Source: Takakia lepidozioides
Taxonomy: Eukaryota; Plantae; Bryophyta
Length of the DNA stretch: 64,000 nucleotides
Assembly (NCBI GenBank): GCA_030704615.1
Contig: CM060734.1
Location: 22,258,001-22,322,000 of the forward strand
Reading direction: 5' to 3'
Shown piece after piece: positions 1-13,679 of the stretch; position 1 is the first letter of the stretch; every line of letters starts with the position of its first letter. Position numbers and translations under genes: made by a program. The notes below the pieces were generated by a model. The model searched no databases and was not told the origin of the DNA. It saw only the letters and a program-made list of their open reading frames with translations.

Positions 1-1065
1 AATCCAGTTCAATTCAAAATTGGATGAAAGGGTGAACGGAAACTTCCCCGATGAAATGATATTTTATTGCTCCGAAACTTTGCAAGTGTCTTCTACATGC
101 CCTCTTACACGTCTTTGAGAAGTATGACATCAATCAAAAATGGTTTAAAGGGTGAACCAATCGTCCCCCCACCAAATGATTTTAAATTGATTTGAAACTT
201 TGCAAGTGTCTTGTACATGCCCTCTTACAGGTCTTTCACAAGTTTCAAATCAATCTAAAATGGTTAAAAAGGTGAATCAATCATGAACATATCAAATGAT
301 TTTGGAGTGCTTTAAAGCTTTGCAAGTGTCTTTCACATGCCATTTTAAAGGTACCGGACAAGTATGAGGTTAGTAAAATATGGTTGAAAGGGTGAACCAA
401 TTGTTCCCCTATCAAATGATTTTACATTGCTTTGAAGCTTTGCAAGTGTCAGCCACATGCCCTCCTACAAGTACCGGACAAGTATGACGTGAATAAAAAA
501 TGGTTGAAAGGGTGAACCAATCATTCCGCTATCAAATGATTTTATATTGCTTTGGATGTCATTGCTTTGGTAATTCTAGCCCCCCAATGGCCCATTGTAA
601 CCCTTGAATTACAATTCAAAATGCAATTCAAGCCCTTAAAATTGGTACTCCCAGTCCCTAAAATGACCAACCCCGGCCGCCCCTCAAATTGTAATTTGAG
701 CCTTTGAAATTGTCAATTCCAACCCCTCAAATTGCACTTCTAGCCCCTGAAATGACAATTCCCGCCCCTCAAATTGCAACTGTAGCCTGTGAAATGGCAA
801 TTGCTAGGGCAGCCCCTCGAATGGCAGTTTCAGCACCTCAAATTCCAAGTCCAGCCCCTAAAATTGGCAATTCGAGCCCCATACATGGCAATTTCAGCCC
901 CTGAAAATGGCTATGGGTGAACCAATCATTCCCCTGCCAAATGATTTTGGATTCATTTGAAACTTTGCGAGTGTCTGGTACATGCCCTCTTAAAGTCACT
1001 ACACAAGTATAATGTCAATGTTAAAAGGTTCAAAGGGTGAACCAACAGTTCCCCTGTTGGATGAT
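1..1065. repeat. Diverged ~120-bp tandem satellite (about 4.5 monomers at 1-545 plus ~1 monomer at 915-1065)
   Basis: AAAGGGTGAACCAAT...CAAATGATTTT...AAACTTTGCAAGTGTC...ACATGCCCTCTTA recurs every ~120 bp; resembles the reverse complement of the ~121-bp subrepeat inside the downstream 1-kb units. Confidence 0.85.
570..910. repeat. Degenerate ~21-bp minisatellite
   Basis: CCCC(T)CAAATTG / CCCCTGAAATGGCAATT motif repeated at ~20-22 bp spacing. Confidence 0.7.
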
Positions 1066-1084
1066 TCATGATTAATCAATAACG

Positions 1085-3950
1085 ATTGATCTCATATAAC
1101 ACTAGGACCTATCAGAGGGTACATTGAACACACTGGCCAAGTCTCAAAGCGAACGAAAATCATTTGGATGGGCAACCATCCGTCGGCCCATTGAACGAAT
1201 TTTGATTGATCTCATATTACTCTGGGGCCTCTTCCATGGCACGTTGAACATACTAGCCAAGTCTCAAAGCAAACCAAAATCATCTCGATAGCCAACCATC
1301 CGTTGAGCCATCGAATGAATTTCGATTGATCTGATATTAGTCCGAGACTTGTGAGAGGGTGTCTCGAACGTATTGGCAAAGTTTGGAAGCAAACAAAAAT
1401 GATTTGGATGGGCAACCATCCGTTCACCCGTTGAATGTATTCCGCTCGATCTGCTATTGCTTTGGGACCTGTTGGATTGTGTTTCGCGTGCTCGCGATTT
1501 TGTTTTTTCATTCGGTTTTTGAATGGGGCGTGTAATGTAGCCATATGCAACGTGCGTGCCAAATTTGGGAGCGAACATAATTCATTTGGACCCAAAACCA
1601 CAGTTTCTTCCCTGTTTTGCACTCCAAACTTGATTTGTGTTCAACTTTCATGCACTCTTTATAGAGAGTTTCTGCAATAGTGAGCGAAAAAGAACACCTT
1701 TTTTTGGGGGCATTTTTGATTGGCCCAAATTTTGGCGGGGGAGTAGTGGTGGGATGCTGGAAGCCGCAGAACAAAATGGAGCCAAAAACAAAATCGATAC
1801 GTGCCAGAAACCCCCAATGAAAGGCAGCGCAAACCTATTTATTGGCTTAAAATTAATTTAAATTTAATTACATTATGGAATGGCTCGGTGTCGATGGGGA
1901 GGCAAATGATTTATTCGTCTGTTGTGTCGCACGCATGTTCAAGCACATGCGGGCAAAAGAGGGGCTTCAACCACATCCGTTCAATGGGTGCAATAGCCGT
2001 GCACGCATTGCAGGATTTCTTTTTTTTCGCAATGAACAAAAACCAGATGACAACTGAACGCCTCATGGGCCCATCGAACGAATTTCGATTGATCTCATAT
2101 TACACTGGGACCTATCCGAGGGTACATTGAACACACTGGCCAAGTCTCAAAGCGAACGAAAATCATTTGGATGGGCAACCATCCGTCGGCCCATTGAACA
2201 AATTTCGATTGATCTCATATTACTCTGGGGCCTCTTCCATGGCACGTTGAACATACTTGCCAAGTCTCAAAGCGAACCAAAATCATCTCGATGGCCAACC
2301 ATCCGTTGAGCCATCGAATGAATTTCGATTGATCTGATATTAGTCCGGGACCTGTGAGAGGGTGTCTCGAACGTATTGGCAAAGTTTGGAAGCAAACAAA
2401 AATGATTTGGATGGGCAACCATCCGTTCACCCGTTGAATGTATTCCGCTCGATCTGCTATTGCTTTGGGACCTGTTGGACTGTGTTTCGCGTGCTCGCGA
2501 TTTTGTTTTTTCATTCGGTTTTTGAATGGGGCGTGTTATGTAGCCATATGCAACGTGCGTGCCAAATTTGGGAGCGAACATAATTCATTTGGACCCAAAA
2601 CCACAGTTTCTTCCCTGTTTTGCACTCCAAACTTGATTTGTGTTCAACTTTCATGCATCTCTTTCATAAAGAGTTCTGCAATAGTGAGCGAAAAGAGAAC
2701 ACTTTTTTTGGGGGGCATTTTTGATTGGCCCAAATTTTGGCGGGGGAGTAGTGGTGGGATGCAGGAAGCCGCAGAACAAAATTGAGCCAAAAACAAAATC
2801 GATACGTGCCAGAAACCCCCGATGAAAGGCAGTGCAAACCTATTTATTGGCTTAAAATTAATTTAAATTCAATTACATTATGGAACGGCTTGGTGTCGAT
2901 GGGGAGGCAAATGATTTATTCGTCTGTTGTGTTGCACACATGTTCAAGCACATGCGGGCAAAAGAGGGGCTTCAACCACATCCGTTCAATGGGTGCAATA
3001 GCCGTGCACGCATTGCAGGATTTCTTTTTTTTCGCAATGAACAAAAACCAGATGACAACTGAACGCCTCATTGGCCCATCGAACGAATTTCGATCGATCT
3101 CATATAACACTGGGACCTATCAGAGGGTACATTGAACACACTGGCCAAGTCTCAAAGCGAACGAAAATCATTTGGATGGGCAACCATCCGTCGGCCCATT
3201 GAACGAATTTCGATTGATCTCATATTACTCTGGGGCCTCTTCCATGGCACGTTGAACATACTGGCCAAGTCTCAAAGCGAACCGAAATCATCTCGATGGC
3301 CAACCATCTGTTGAGCCATCGAATGAATTTCGATTGATCTGATATTAGCCCGGGACCTGTGAGAGGGTGTCTCGAACGTATTGGCAAAGTTTGGAAGCAA
3401 ACAAAAATGATTTGGATGGGCAACCATCCGTTCACCCGTTGAATGTATGCTATCGCTTTGGGGCCTGTTGGACTGTGTTGCGCGTGCTCACGATTTTATT
3501 TTTTCATTCGGTTTTTGAATGGGGCGTGTAATGTAGCCATATGCAACGTGCGTGCCAAATTTGGGAGCGAACATAATTCATTTGGACCCAAAACCACAGT
3601 TTCTTCCCTGTTTTGCACTCCAAACTTGATTTGTGTTCAACTTTCATGCATCTCTTTCATAAAGAGTTCTGCAATAGTGAGCGAAAAGAGAACACTTTTT
3701 TTGGGGGGCATTTTTTATTGGCCCAAATTTTGGCGGGGGAGTAGTGGTGGGATGCTGGAAGCCGCAGAACAAAATTGAGCCAAAAACAAAATCGATACGT
3801 GCCAGAAACCCCCGATGAAAGGCAGTGCAAACCTATTTATTGGCTTAAAATTAATTTAAATTCAATTACATTATGGAACGGCTTGGTGTCGATGGGGAGG
3901 CAAATGATTTATTCGTCTGTTGTGTCGCACACATGTTCAAGCACATGCGG
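1085..3950 (+). repeat. ~1-kb higher-order tandem repeat, about 2.9 units, forward orientation
   Basis: Near-identical blocks recur with periods of 1003 and 1005 bp; each unit has three ~121-bp subrepeats (TTGATCTCATAT...GGCAACCATCCGT) plus a ~640-bp segment. Confidence 0.95.
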
Positions 3951-6900
3951 GTTGCCCCCAAAAAAAAGTGTTCTCTTTTCGCTCACTATTGCAGAACTCT
4001 GTATGAAAGAGATGCATGAAAGTTGAACACAAATCAAGTTTGGAGTGCAAAACAGGGAAGAAACTGTGGTTTTGGGTCCAAATGAATTATGTTCGCTCCC
4101 AAATTTGGCACGCACGTTGCATATGGCTACATTACACGCCCCATTCAAAAACCGAATGAAAAAATAAAATCGTGAGCACGCGCAACACAGTCCAACAGGC
4201 CCCAAAGCGATAGCATACATTCAACGGGTGAACGGATGGTTGCCCATCCAAATCATTTTTGTTTGCTTCCAAACTTTGCCAATACGTTCGAGACACCCTC
4301 TTACAGGTCCCGGACTAATATCAGATCAATCGAAATTCATTCAATGGCTCAACGGATGGTTGGCCATCGAGATGATTTCGGTTTGCTTTGAGACTTGGCC
4401 AGTATGTTCAACGTGCCATGGAAGAGGCCCCAGAGTAATATGAGATCAATCGAAATTCGTTCAATGGGCCGACGGATGGTTGCCCATCCAAATGATTTTC
4501 GTTCGCTTTGAGACTTGGCCGGTGTGTTCAATGTACCCTCTGATAGGTCCCAGTGTAATATGAGATCGATCCAAATTCGTTCGATGGGCCAATGAGGCGT
4601 TCAGTTGTCATCTGGTTTTTGTTAATTGTGAAAAAAAGAAATCCTGCAATGCGTGCACGGCTATTGCACCCATTGATTGGATGTGGTTGAAGCCCCTCTT
4701 TTGCCCGCATTTGCTTGAACATGTGTGTGACACAACAGACGAATAAATCATTTGCCTCCCCATCGACACCAAGCCGTTCCATAATGTAATTGAATTTAAA
4801 TTAATTTTAAGCCAATAAATAGGTTTGCACTGCCTTTCATCGGGGGTTTCTGGCACGTATCGATTTTGTTTTTGGCTCAATTTTGTTCTGCGGCTTCCAG
4901 CATCCCACCACTACTCCCCCGCCAAAATTTGGGCCAATAAAAAATGCCCCCCAAAAAAAGTGTTCTCTTTTCGCTCACTATTGCAGAACTCTCTATGAAA
5001 GAGATGCATGAAAGTTGAACACAAATCAAGTTTGGAGTGCAAAACAGGGAAGAAATTGTGGTTTTGGGTCCAAATGAATTATGTTCGCTCCAAAATTTGG
5101 CACGCACGTTGCATATGGCTACATTACACGCCCCATTAAAAAACCGAATGAAAAATAAAATCGTGAGCATGCGCAACACAGTCCAACAGGCCCCAAAGCG
5201 ATAGCATACATTCAACGGTGAACGGATGGTTGCCCATCCAAATCATTTTTGTTTGCTTCCAAACTTTGCCAATACGTTCGAGACACCCTCTCACAGGTCC
5301 CGGACTAATATCAGATCAATCGAAATTCATTCAATGGCTCAACGGATGGTTGGCCATCGAGATGATTTCGGTTCGCTTTGAGACTTGGCAAGTATGTTCA
5401 ACGTGCCATGGAAGAGGCCCCAGAGTAATATGAGATCAATCGAAATTCGTTCAATGGGCCGACGGATGGTTGCCCATCCAAATGATTTTCGTTCACTTTG
5501 AGACTTGGCCGGTGTGTTCAATGTACCCTCTGATAGGTCCCAGTGTAATATGAGATCGATCCAAATTCGTTCGATGGGCCAATGAGGCGTTCAGTTGTCA
5601 TCTGGTTTTTGTTCATTGTGAAAAAAAAGAAATCCTGCAATGCGTGCACGGCTATTGCACCCATTGATTGGATGTGGTTGAAGCCCCTCTTTTGCCCGCA
5701 TTTGCTTGAACATGTGTGCGACACAACAGACGAATAAATCATTTGCCTCCCCATCGACACCAAGCCGTTCCATAATGTAATTGAATTTAAATTAATTTTA
5801 AGCCAATAAATAGGTTTGCACTGCCTTTCATCGGGGGTTTCTGGCACGTATCGATTTTGTTTTTGGCTCAATTTTGTTCTGCGGCTTCCAACATCCCACC
5901 ACTACTCCCCCGCCAAAATTTGGGCCAATAAAAAATGCCCCCCAAAAAAAGTGTTCTCTTTTCGCTCACTATTGCAGAACTCTCTATGAAAGAGATGCAT
6001 GAAAGTTGAACACAAATCAAGTTTGGAGTGCAAAACAGGGAAGAAATTGTGGTTTTGGGTCCAAATGAATTATGTTCGCTCCAAAATTTGGCACGCACGT
6101 TGCATATGGCTACATTACACGCCCCATTCAAAAACCGAATGAAAAATAAAATCGTGAGCATGCGCAACACAGTCCAACAGGCCCCAAAGCGATAGCATAC
6201 ATTCAACGGGTGAACGGATGGTTGCCCATCCAAATCATTTTTGTTTGCTTCCAAACTTTGCCAATACGTTCGAGACACCCTCTCACAGGTCCCGGACTAA
6301 TATCAGATCAATCGAAATTCATTCGATGGCTCAACGGATGGTTGGCCATCGAGATGATTTCGGTTCGCTTTGAGACTTGGCAAGTATGTTCAACGTGCCA
6401 TGAAAGAGGCCCCAGAGTAATATGAGATCAATCGAAATTCGTTCAATGGGCCGACGGATGGTTGCCCATCCAAATGATTTTCGTTCCCTTTGAGACTTGG
6501 CCGGTGTGTTCAATGTACCCTCTGATAGGTCCTAGTGTAATATGAGATCGATCCAAATTCGTTCGATGGGCCAATGAGGCGTTCAGTTGTCATCTGGTTT
6601 TTGTTCATTGTGAAAAAAAAGAAATCCTGCAATGCGTGCACGGCTATTGTACCCATTGATTGGATGTGGTTGAAGCCCCTCTTTTGCCCGCATTTGCTTG
6701 AACATGTGTGCGACACAACAGACGAATAAATCATTTGCCTCCCCATCGACACCAAGCCGTTCCATAATGTAATTGAATTTAAATTAATTTTAAGCCAATA
6801 AATAGGTTTGCACTGCCTTTCATCGGGGGTTTCTGGCACGTATCGATTTTGTTTTTGGCTCAATTTTGTTCTGCGGCTTCCAACATCCCACCACTACTCC

Positions 6901-9652
6901 CCCGCCAAAATTTGGGCCAATAAAAAATGCCCCCCAAAAAAGTGTTCTCTTTTCGCTCACTATTGCAGAACTCTCTATGAAAGAGATGCATGAAAGTTGA
7001 ACACAAATCAAGTTTGGAGTGCAAAACAGGGAAGAAACTGTGGTTTTGGGTCCAAATGAATTATGTTCGCTCCAAAATTTGGCACGCACGTTGCATATGG
7101 CTACATTACACGCCCCATTCAAAAACCGAATGAAAAATAAAATCGTGAGCATGCGCAACACAGTCCAACAGGCCCCAAAGCGATAGCATACATTCAACGG
7201 GTGAACGGATGGTTGCCCATCCAAATCATTTTTGTTTGCTTCCAAACTTTGCCAATACGTTCGAGACACCCTCCCACAGGTCCCGGACTAATATCAGATC
7301 AATCGAAATTCATTCGATGGCTCAACGGATGGTTGGCCATCGAGATGATTTCGGTTCGCTTTGAGACTTGGCAAGTATGTTCAACGTGCCATGGAAGAGG
7401 CCCCAGAGTAATATGAGATCAATCGAAATTCGTTCAATGGGCCGGCGGATGGTTGCCCATCCAAATGATTTTCGTTCACTTTGAGACTTGGCCGGTGTGT
7501 TCAATGTACCCTCTGATAGGTCCCAGTGTAATATGAGATCGATCCAAATTCGTTCGATGGGCCAATGAGGCGTTCAGTTGTCATCTGGTTTTTGTTCATT
7601 GTGAAAAAAAAGAAATCCTGCAATGCGTGCACGGCTATTGCACCCATTGATTGGATGTGGTTGAAGCCCCTCTTTTGCCCGCATTTGCTTGAACATGTGT
7701 GCGACACAACAGACGAATAAATCATTTGCCTCCCCATCGACACCAAGCCGTTCCATAATGTAATTGAATTTAAATTAATTTTAAGCCAATAAATAGGTTT
7801 GCACTGCCTTTCATCGGGGGTTTCTGGCACGTATCGATTTTGTTTTTGGCTCAATTTTGTTCTGCGGCTTCCAACATCCCACCACTACTCCCCCGCCAAA
7901 ATTTGGGCCAATAAAAAATGCCCCCCAAAAAAAGTGTTCTCTTTTCGCTCACTATTGCAGAACTCTCTATGAAAGAGATGCATGAAAGTTGAACACAAAT
8001 CAAGTTTGGAGTGCAAAACAGGAAAGAAATTGTGGTTTTGGGTCCAAATGAATTATGTTCGCTCCAAAATTTGGCACGCACGTTGCATATGGCTACATTA
8101 CACGCCCCATTAAAAAACCGAATGAAAAATAAAATCGTGAGCATGCGCAACACAGTCCAACAGGCCCCAAAGCGATAGCATACATTCAACGGGTGAACGG
8201 ATGGTTGCCCATCCAAATCATTTTTGTTTGCTTCCAAACTTTGCCAATACGTTCGAGACACCCTCTCACAGGTCCCGGACTAATATCAGATCAATCGAAA
8301 TTCATTCGATGGCTCAACGGATGGTTGGCCATCGAGATGATTTCGGTTCGCTTTGAGACTTGGCAAGTATGTTCAACGTGCCATGGAAGAGGCCCCAGAG
8401 TAATATGAGATCAATCAAAATTCGTTCAATGGGCCGACGGATGGTTGCCCATCCAAATGATTTTCGTTCGCTTTGAGACTTGACCGGTGTGTTCAATGTA
8501 CCCTCTGATAGGTCCCAGTGTAATATGAGATCGATCCAAATTCGTTCGATGGGCCAATGAGGCGTTCAGTTGTCATCTGGTTTTTGTTAATTGTGAAAAA
8601 AAAGAAATCCTGCAATGCGTGCACGGCTATTGCACCCATTGATTGGATGTGGTTGAAGCCCCTCTTTTGCCCGCATTTGCTTGAACATGTGTGCGACACA
8701 ACAGACGAATAAATCATTTGCCTCCCCATCGACACCAAGCCGTTCCATAATGTAATTGAATTTAAATTAATTTTAAGCCAATAAATAGGTTTGCACTGCC
8801 TTTCATCGGGGGTTTCTGGCACGTATCGATTTTGTTTTTGGCTCAATTTTGTTCTGCGGCTTCCAACATCCCACCACTACTCCCCCGCCAAAATTTGGGC
8901 CAATAAAAAATGCCCCCCAAAAAAAGTGTTCTCTTTTCGCTCACTATTGCAGAACTCTCTATGAAAGAGATGCATGAAAGTTGAACACAAATCAAGTTTG
9001 GAGTGCAAAACAGGGAAGAAAACTGTGGTTTTGGGTCCAAATGAATTATGTTCGCTCCAAAATTTGGCACGCACGTTGCATATGGCTACATTACACGCCC
9101 CATTAAAAAACCGAATGAAAAATAAAATCGTGAGCATGCGCAACACAGTCCAACAGGCCCCAAAGCGATAGCATACATTCAACGGGTGAACGGATGGTTG
9201 CCCATCCAAATCATTTTTGTTTGCTTCCAAACTTTGCCAATACGTTCGAGACACCCTCTCACAGGTCCCGGACTAATATCAGATCAATCGAAATTCATTC
9301 AATGGCTCAACGGATGGTTGGCCATCGAGATGATTTCGGTTCGCTTTGAGACTTGGCCAGTATGTTCAACGTGCCATGGAAGAGGCCCCAGAGTAATATG
9401 AGATCAATCGAAATTCGTTCAATGGGCCGACGGATGGTTGCCCATCCAAATGATTTTCGTTCGCTTTGAGACTTGGCCAATGTGTTCAATGTACCCTCTG
9501 ATAGGTCCCAGTGTAATATGAGATCGATCGAAATTTGTTCGATGGGCCAATGAGGCGTTCAGTTGTCATCTGGTTTTTGTTAATTGCGAAAAAAAAAGAA
9601 ATCATGCAATGCGTGCACGGCTATTGCACCCATTGAACGGATGTGGTTGAAG
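3951..9652 (-). repeat. Same ~1-kb tandem repeat, about 5.7 units, reverse orientation
   Basis: TGAGATCAAT(C)GAAATTCGTTCAATGGG blocks at ~4441, 5431, 6423, 7414, 8406, 9399 (periods 990-993); reverse complement of the 1085-3950 units. Confidence 0.95.
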
Positions 9653-9669
9653 CTTAAAGGGGGGGGTAT

Positions 9670-10921
9670 TCTTACCTTTAGCTATTAGATTCAATTTATA
9701 CCCCTCTAAGGGTTATGAGCCATTATCTAAGGCGCCAGTGGTTGATAAAATCTAGGATTTTTGGAGGACGTAGCCTTGGATGGGTGCGTTCTTATGACTC
9801 AAGATAGAGCCAAGCGGTCCTATGAGCAGTGAGCTAGAGGCAGAGACCTCGCGAAACAAGGGAGGAAAGAAAGTACTTTGTCCTAAAAACTCAGCTACAG
9901 TGAGCCTTTGTGTCAGAGCCCAAGGGAGAGGATGACTTTTTCCACGGAGGGAAAGCGCACCAACGCCTTAAAATAATATAAGGGGGTGAAATCTGGCTTG
10001 GACCCACCAGTGATTATTTTATTATTTACGCATGCATGTTCTGGACTAACGAATGTAGTGGCAGGGATGAGCTCTCAACGAGATTCATTCATCCGATAGG
10101 GCCGCGGCAGTTCCCCGCGACAGGGAACGGTTCCCGGGTGTTCATCGGTTCTCATTGGGTTCCCACAGGGTTCCCAAAGGCATCTTTAGGCGCCAAGGGT
10201 ATCTTTGGATTCCCCACATGATTTCCCATAGGGGAGGTATTTTTTCCGATTTTATTAATTTCTTTTATTTTCCAGCATTTCTGATTTGCGAAATTGCTTA
10301 AATAGGATAGATGCACGTGGTGCACGTTATAGCCTGAAGGGCGTTGATTAAACTGATTGAACTTATTGAGTTGAGGGACCTAGAACCATCTTATTGAACT
10401 TGGTGAACCTATTGGATGACGATAGGCATTTTGGCCACTCCTTTGCTAAAACAAAGTATTTGGGCACTGGGGTAGGAAGCGTTGGCCCTTCCATTAGAGG
10501 TGACTTGAACTCAAGCACTCGGCGAAGGAGGGGCATTGGGAGAGGAAGATTTCCCTCTTATTCCTAGGCTCGGCAGGTGCCTTGTGAAGGGATTAAAACA
10601 TGTCCCGGCTATAGGCGGCTCGGGGGCCTAGGCGGTAGGAATTAGACAATAAAACACAAAGACTTGGAAGGTAGTTACTGAGTAGATTGTACGATATCGT
10701 AAGACTTAGAAACGCAAACTCGCCCTGTGAAGAGGAGTACGTGATTTCTCTTTGCCGGTAGGACTTAGATAGTGATCATAGCCACCATGTATGACCATGG
10801 ACCCCCTGCACTAACCACAGTCAGGTAGGCGTTTCACTGACCCCAACCTACACCGCAACTTACCACGACCCCCCTAGACTAATATGTCGTCATCCTGACC
10901 GCGCGCGCTCAGGGCTCATCA
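9670..10921 (+). repeat. Putative LTR of the Ty3 element
   Basis: Non-coding ~1.25 kb ending ..CATCA, with a TATA-like ATATATAAG near 9976, followed by a TGG-starting PBS-like site; no second LTR in the window to confirm the ends. Confidence 0.5.
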
Positions 10922-10927
10922 TATAAA

Positions 10928-10944
10928 TGGTGCGTCTGCTAGGA
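10928..10944 (+). promoter_or_regulatory. Putative primer-binding site
   Basis: TGGTGCGTCTGCTAGGA a few nt after the putative LTR end and upstream of gag. Confidence 0.5.
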
Positions 10945-11329
10945 GGTAAGTGAATAGTTAGGACTTCTCCAAATTGTTATGGACGGACTAACAATATGTG
11001 TTATCGTCCAGATTTGTTTCTATGCAATACTTTATTGTTTATTCATTATCTTACTCCATCAGGTGGAGATTGAGAAACCCCATGCACATGAAGATTAGAA
11101 GCTCTTGCATTAGGGTGTTTGAATCAGGGTTCATTGAAATCACTAACGCCATGGCAATCATGAAGTTGCAACGTGCCTCGACCACCCGAAGACTGGGTAA
11201 TTCACGGGAAGTTGCACACTGACGTGCCTCCATCGCCAAGGTTCTATGGAAGGTATTTAAATCTGACCTCGTTTATTCTTGACATGGTTGTTCAAGGTAA
11301 TATAGGTCCTTTAGTACAGGCTAAGGCAG

Positions 11330-13679
11330 GTGAATCCTCATCAGCACAATAGTGAGTGTATGTCTAGCTCAGGATCAAGAGCCACACTCCCAAGCTTGGA
11401 TAGCATATCCTTTGATATTAGGTTGCAAAGGAGACTGGCTCGAGAAGCCGTCAGAGATCAACTGCTAGGGAAACACCCAACATTGAGTCCACAATCAGAC
11501 TCAAAAACTAGAAGTTTGGGTAAGATAGAGTGGGAAGGAGAGAACACTGATAGCTCTTCAGAGATCGAGTGTTCACGAGTGGTTTCCCCTGTATCTAGTC
11601 CCCCTTATACACCACCGGCCAGGTCAAGGAGCCCTTCGCCGTCGTTAGTGTCAGTTATGGCACATGTTCCAGGACCTCCTGAGGTACCTATTGTGGTCCC
11701 AGCAGGCCTGCACCCGTTAACGTTACCCAGGCATTTGCCTTGGTTTTCCGGGGAAGCACATGAAAACCCAGAGTATCATGTGAAAAGCTTTATTCAGTGT
11801 TGTTATTCTAACCAAGTGTTAAACGATGCCTATTGGTTGATATGGTTTCCCACGACCATGAGGGGTAGGGCGTCTACTTGGTATTGGCAACAGGCGCCAA
11901 GTATATTCGTAACTTGGCAGCAGATTCGGGATGCATTTTTAGATCATTTTCGAGCGGTCCACCAGTTCACCAGTGTCTTGATGGCACTGGCCAGGATCCG
12001 CCAAGGCCCCACAGAGGAGGTAGCAGACTTTGAAATGCGATTGCGGGAGTTGATGCGACTCCAAAACCCTTTAACCCCCCTAGATGATGGGGTACTAAAG
12101 GATTGTTTTCTGAGTGGATTACGAGAGACCACTCACTTTCATGTTTTGCAGCAAAGACTTGCAACACTGGTAGATGCCATACAAGCCGGCAAGGAGTTCG
12201 ACAACATGCATCGCCAGGTACAACAGGCCAAGATGCCCAACTTTGCACTTCCATCATACATTACGATCGAGCCCACGCAGGAGCCCACGCCATTAGCGGT
12301 GATCCAACCCGCTCTACACTATACGCCGTCATATGTAGGAGGAGCACGGCCATACGCCCCCGGCGACGTCCCCTACACCTGCAGTAGCACCGACCGTGCC
12401 ACAGTATACGAATGCTACCCCTACTAACTCGTATGCAGATTCCACTAGGCAGTCTAATTCACGGGTGGACCATTTGGAGGCGCAAGTCACCTCTCTCATC
12501 AAAACCATCGAAACAATGGGCAATCGCATGAGCTCCATCGGCCAGCAGATCACCAGCTACGTGGGGTATCGAGATGTTGCTCCAGTAGGAGAATCCGGCC
12601 CCAACCCGGCAAAGGTATGGTGCTCCATCTGCGACGGTCCCGGGCATGCTGCTCAACATTGTCCTTATCCTACCCGGGAGAGGCAGGTAAGCCGAAACTC
12701 GACTTATCAGGATAGATCAAAACAACAATTCAGTCAATCCAGGAAAGGTTGTCAAAAATGTGGTAGAACCACTCACCCAACAGAAGACTGTTGGAGTGAT
12801 ATAGTATGTTTGCATTGCGGCCAAAGAGACCATCCCTTGGAGAGATGTTCCCGGAGGCAGGTGGACCGACCGGCCCCTACCACCATCCAGCAAGTAGAGA
12901 GGAATTTGGAAGGGCAACGAGCACCATTCCCTGATCAGTATGCGACTAAACCACCCAACCCTCTACCGCAACAGCATAGCATGTATTTTGCTACCCCAAC
13001 GCAGATAGCACAACAACCTAGGCCGGATCAGGCAGGTCCATCATACTCTGGGGGCAATGTCGCTCAGGGACAGGCTGCCCGAGCAGCTTATTCAAATCCT
13101 GCGGCTCAGATAGCCCAGGGTTCTTCTAATATGTGGTCACCCCCTCAGGATGTAAGGGTGCAGGGAGGACATCAAGCGTCTACCTTGGCGCCGCCTCAGC
13201 AACAGCAGACCAACATACAACCCAATCATACAACGTGCCCTCAGGAGACACAGCACCAAGTAAATTGGATTGCGAGTGAGCCGGAAGCCACTCCAACCAC
13301 GACAGCTAGCCCCGGAAAAGATAGCTACGCAGTGATGACCCGACAGCAACGAGATACGCTAGGGAAAGGCCTTGGGTATGTGGCGTCGGAGTCAGCCACA
13401 TCCGCATCGGAACGGGAGGATCTGAACTTCACAGTAATGAAGTCAGATGCACGAAAGGTGGCGGAGACTGTGCTTCGGGAAGAGGAAGACATCCATCCCA
13501 AAGAAAAGGAGGTAGCATTTGCAGAGGTGGAACCTCCAATAGTCCGACCAACCATTTCTCGACCCCCTGTATCAAGTGCGAAGAGTCTGGCAAATCGGCC
13601 GGCGGCACCAGAAAGCTTCCCCGGAGGAGGATGCATTCAACCATGCGGTTCACAGACGAGCTGGAACTGTATAATCTAA
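11330..13679 (+). pseudogene. gag: Retrotransposon gag (capsid domain plus three CCHC zinc knuckles), frameshifted near 12370-12420
   Basis: LPWFSGE..PEYHV..F; FPTTMRGRASTWY; IRQGPTEEVADF; knuckles CSICDGPGHAAQHC, CQKCGRTTHPTEDC, CLHCGQRDHPLERC. Confidence 0.9.

Noticed and set aside
1-9652. 5S rDNA array (120-bp periodicity) and the many repeated short ORFs
   Set aside because: I recognise no 5S rRNA sequence; the ORFs are chance frames repeated with the unit and are variably broken by indels.
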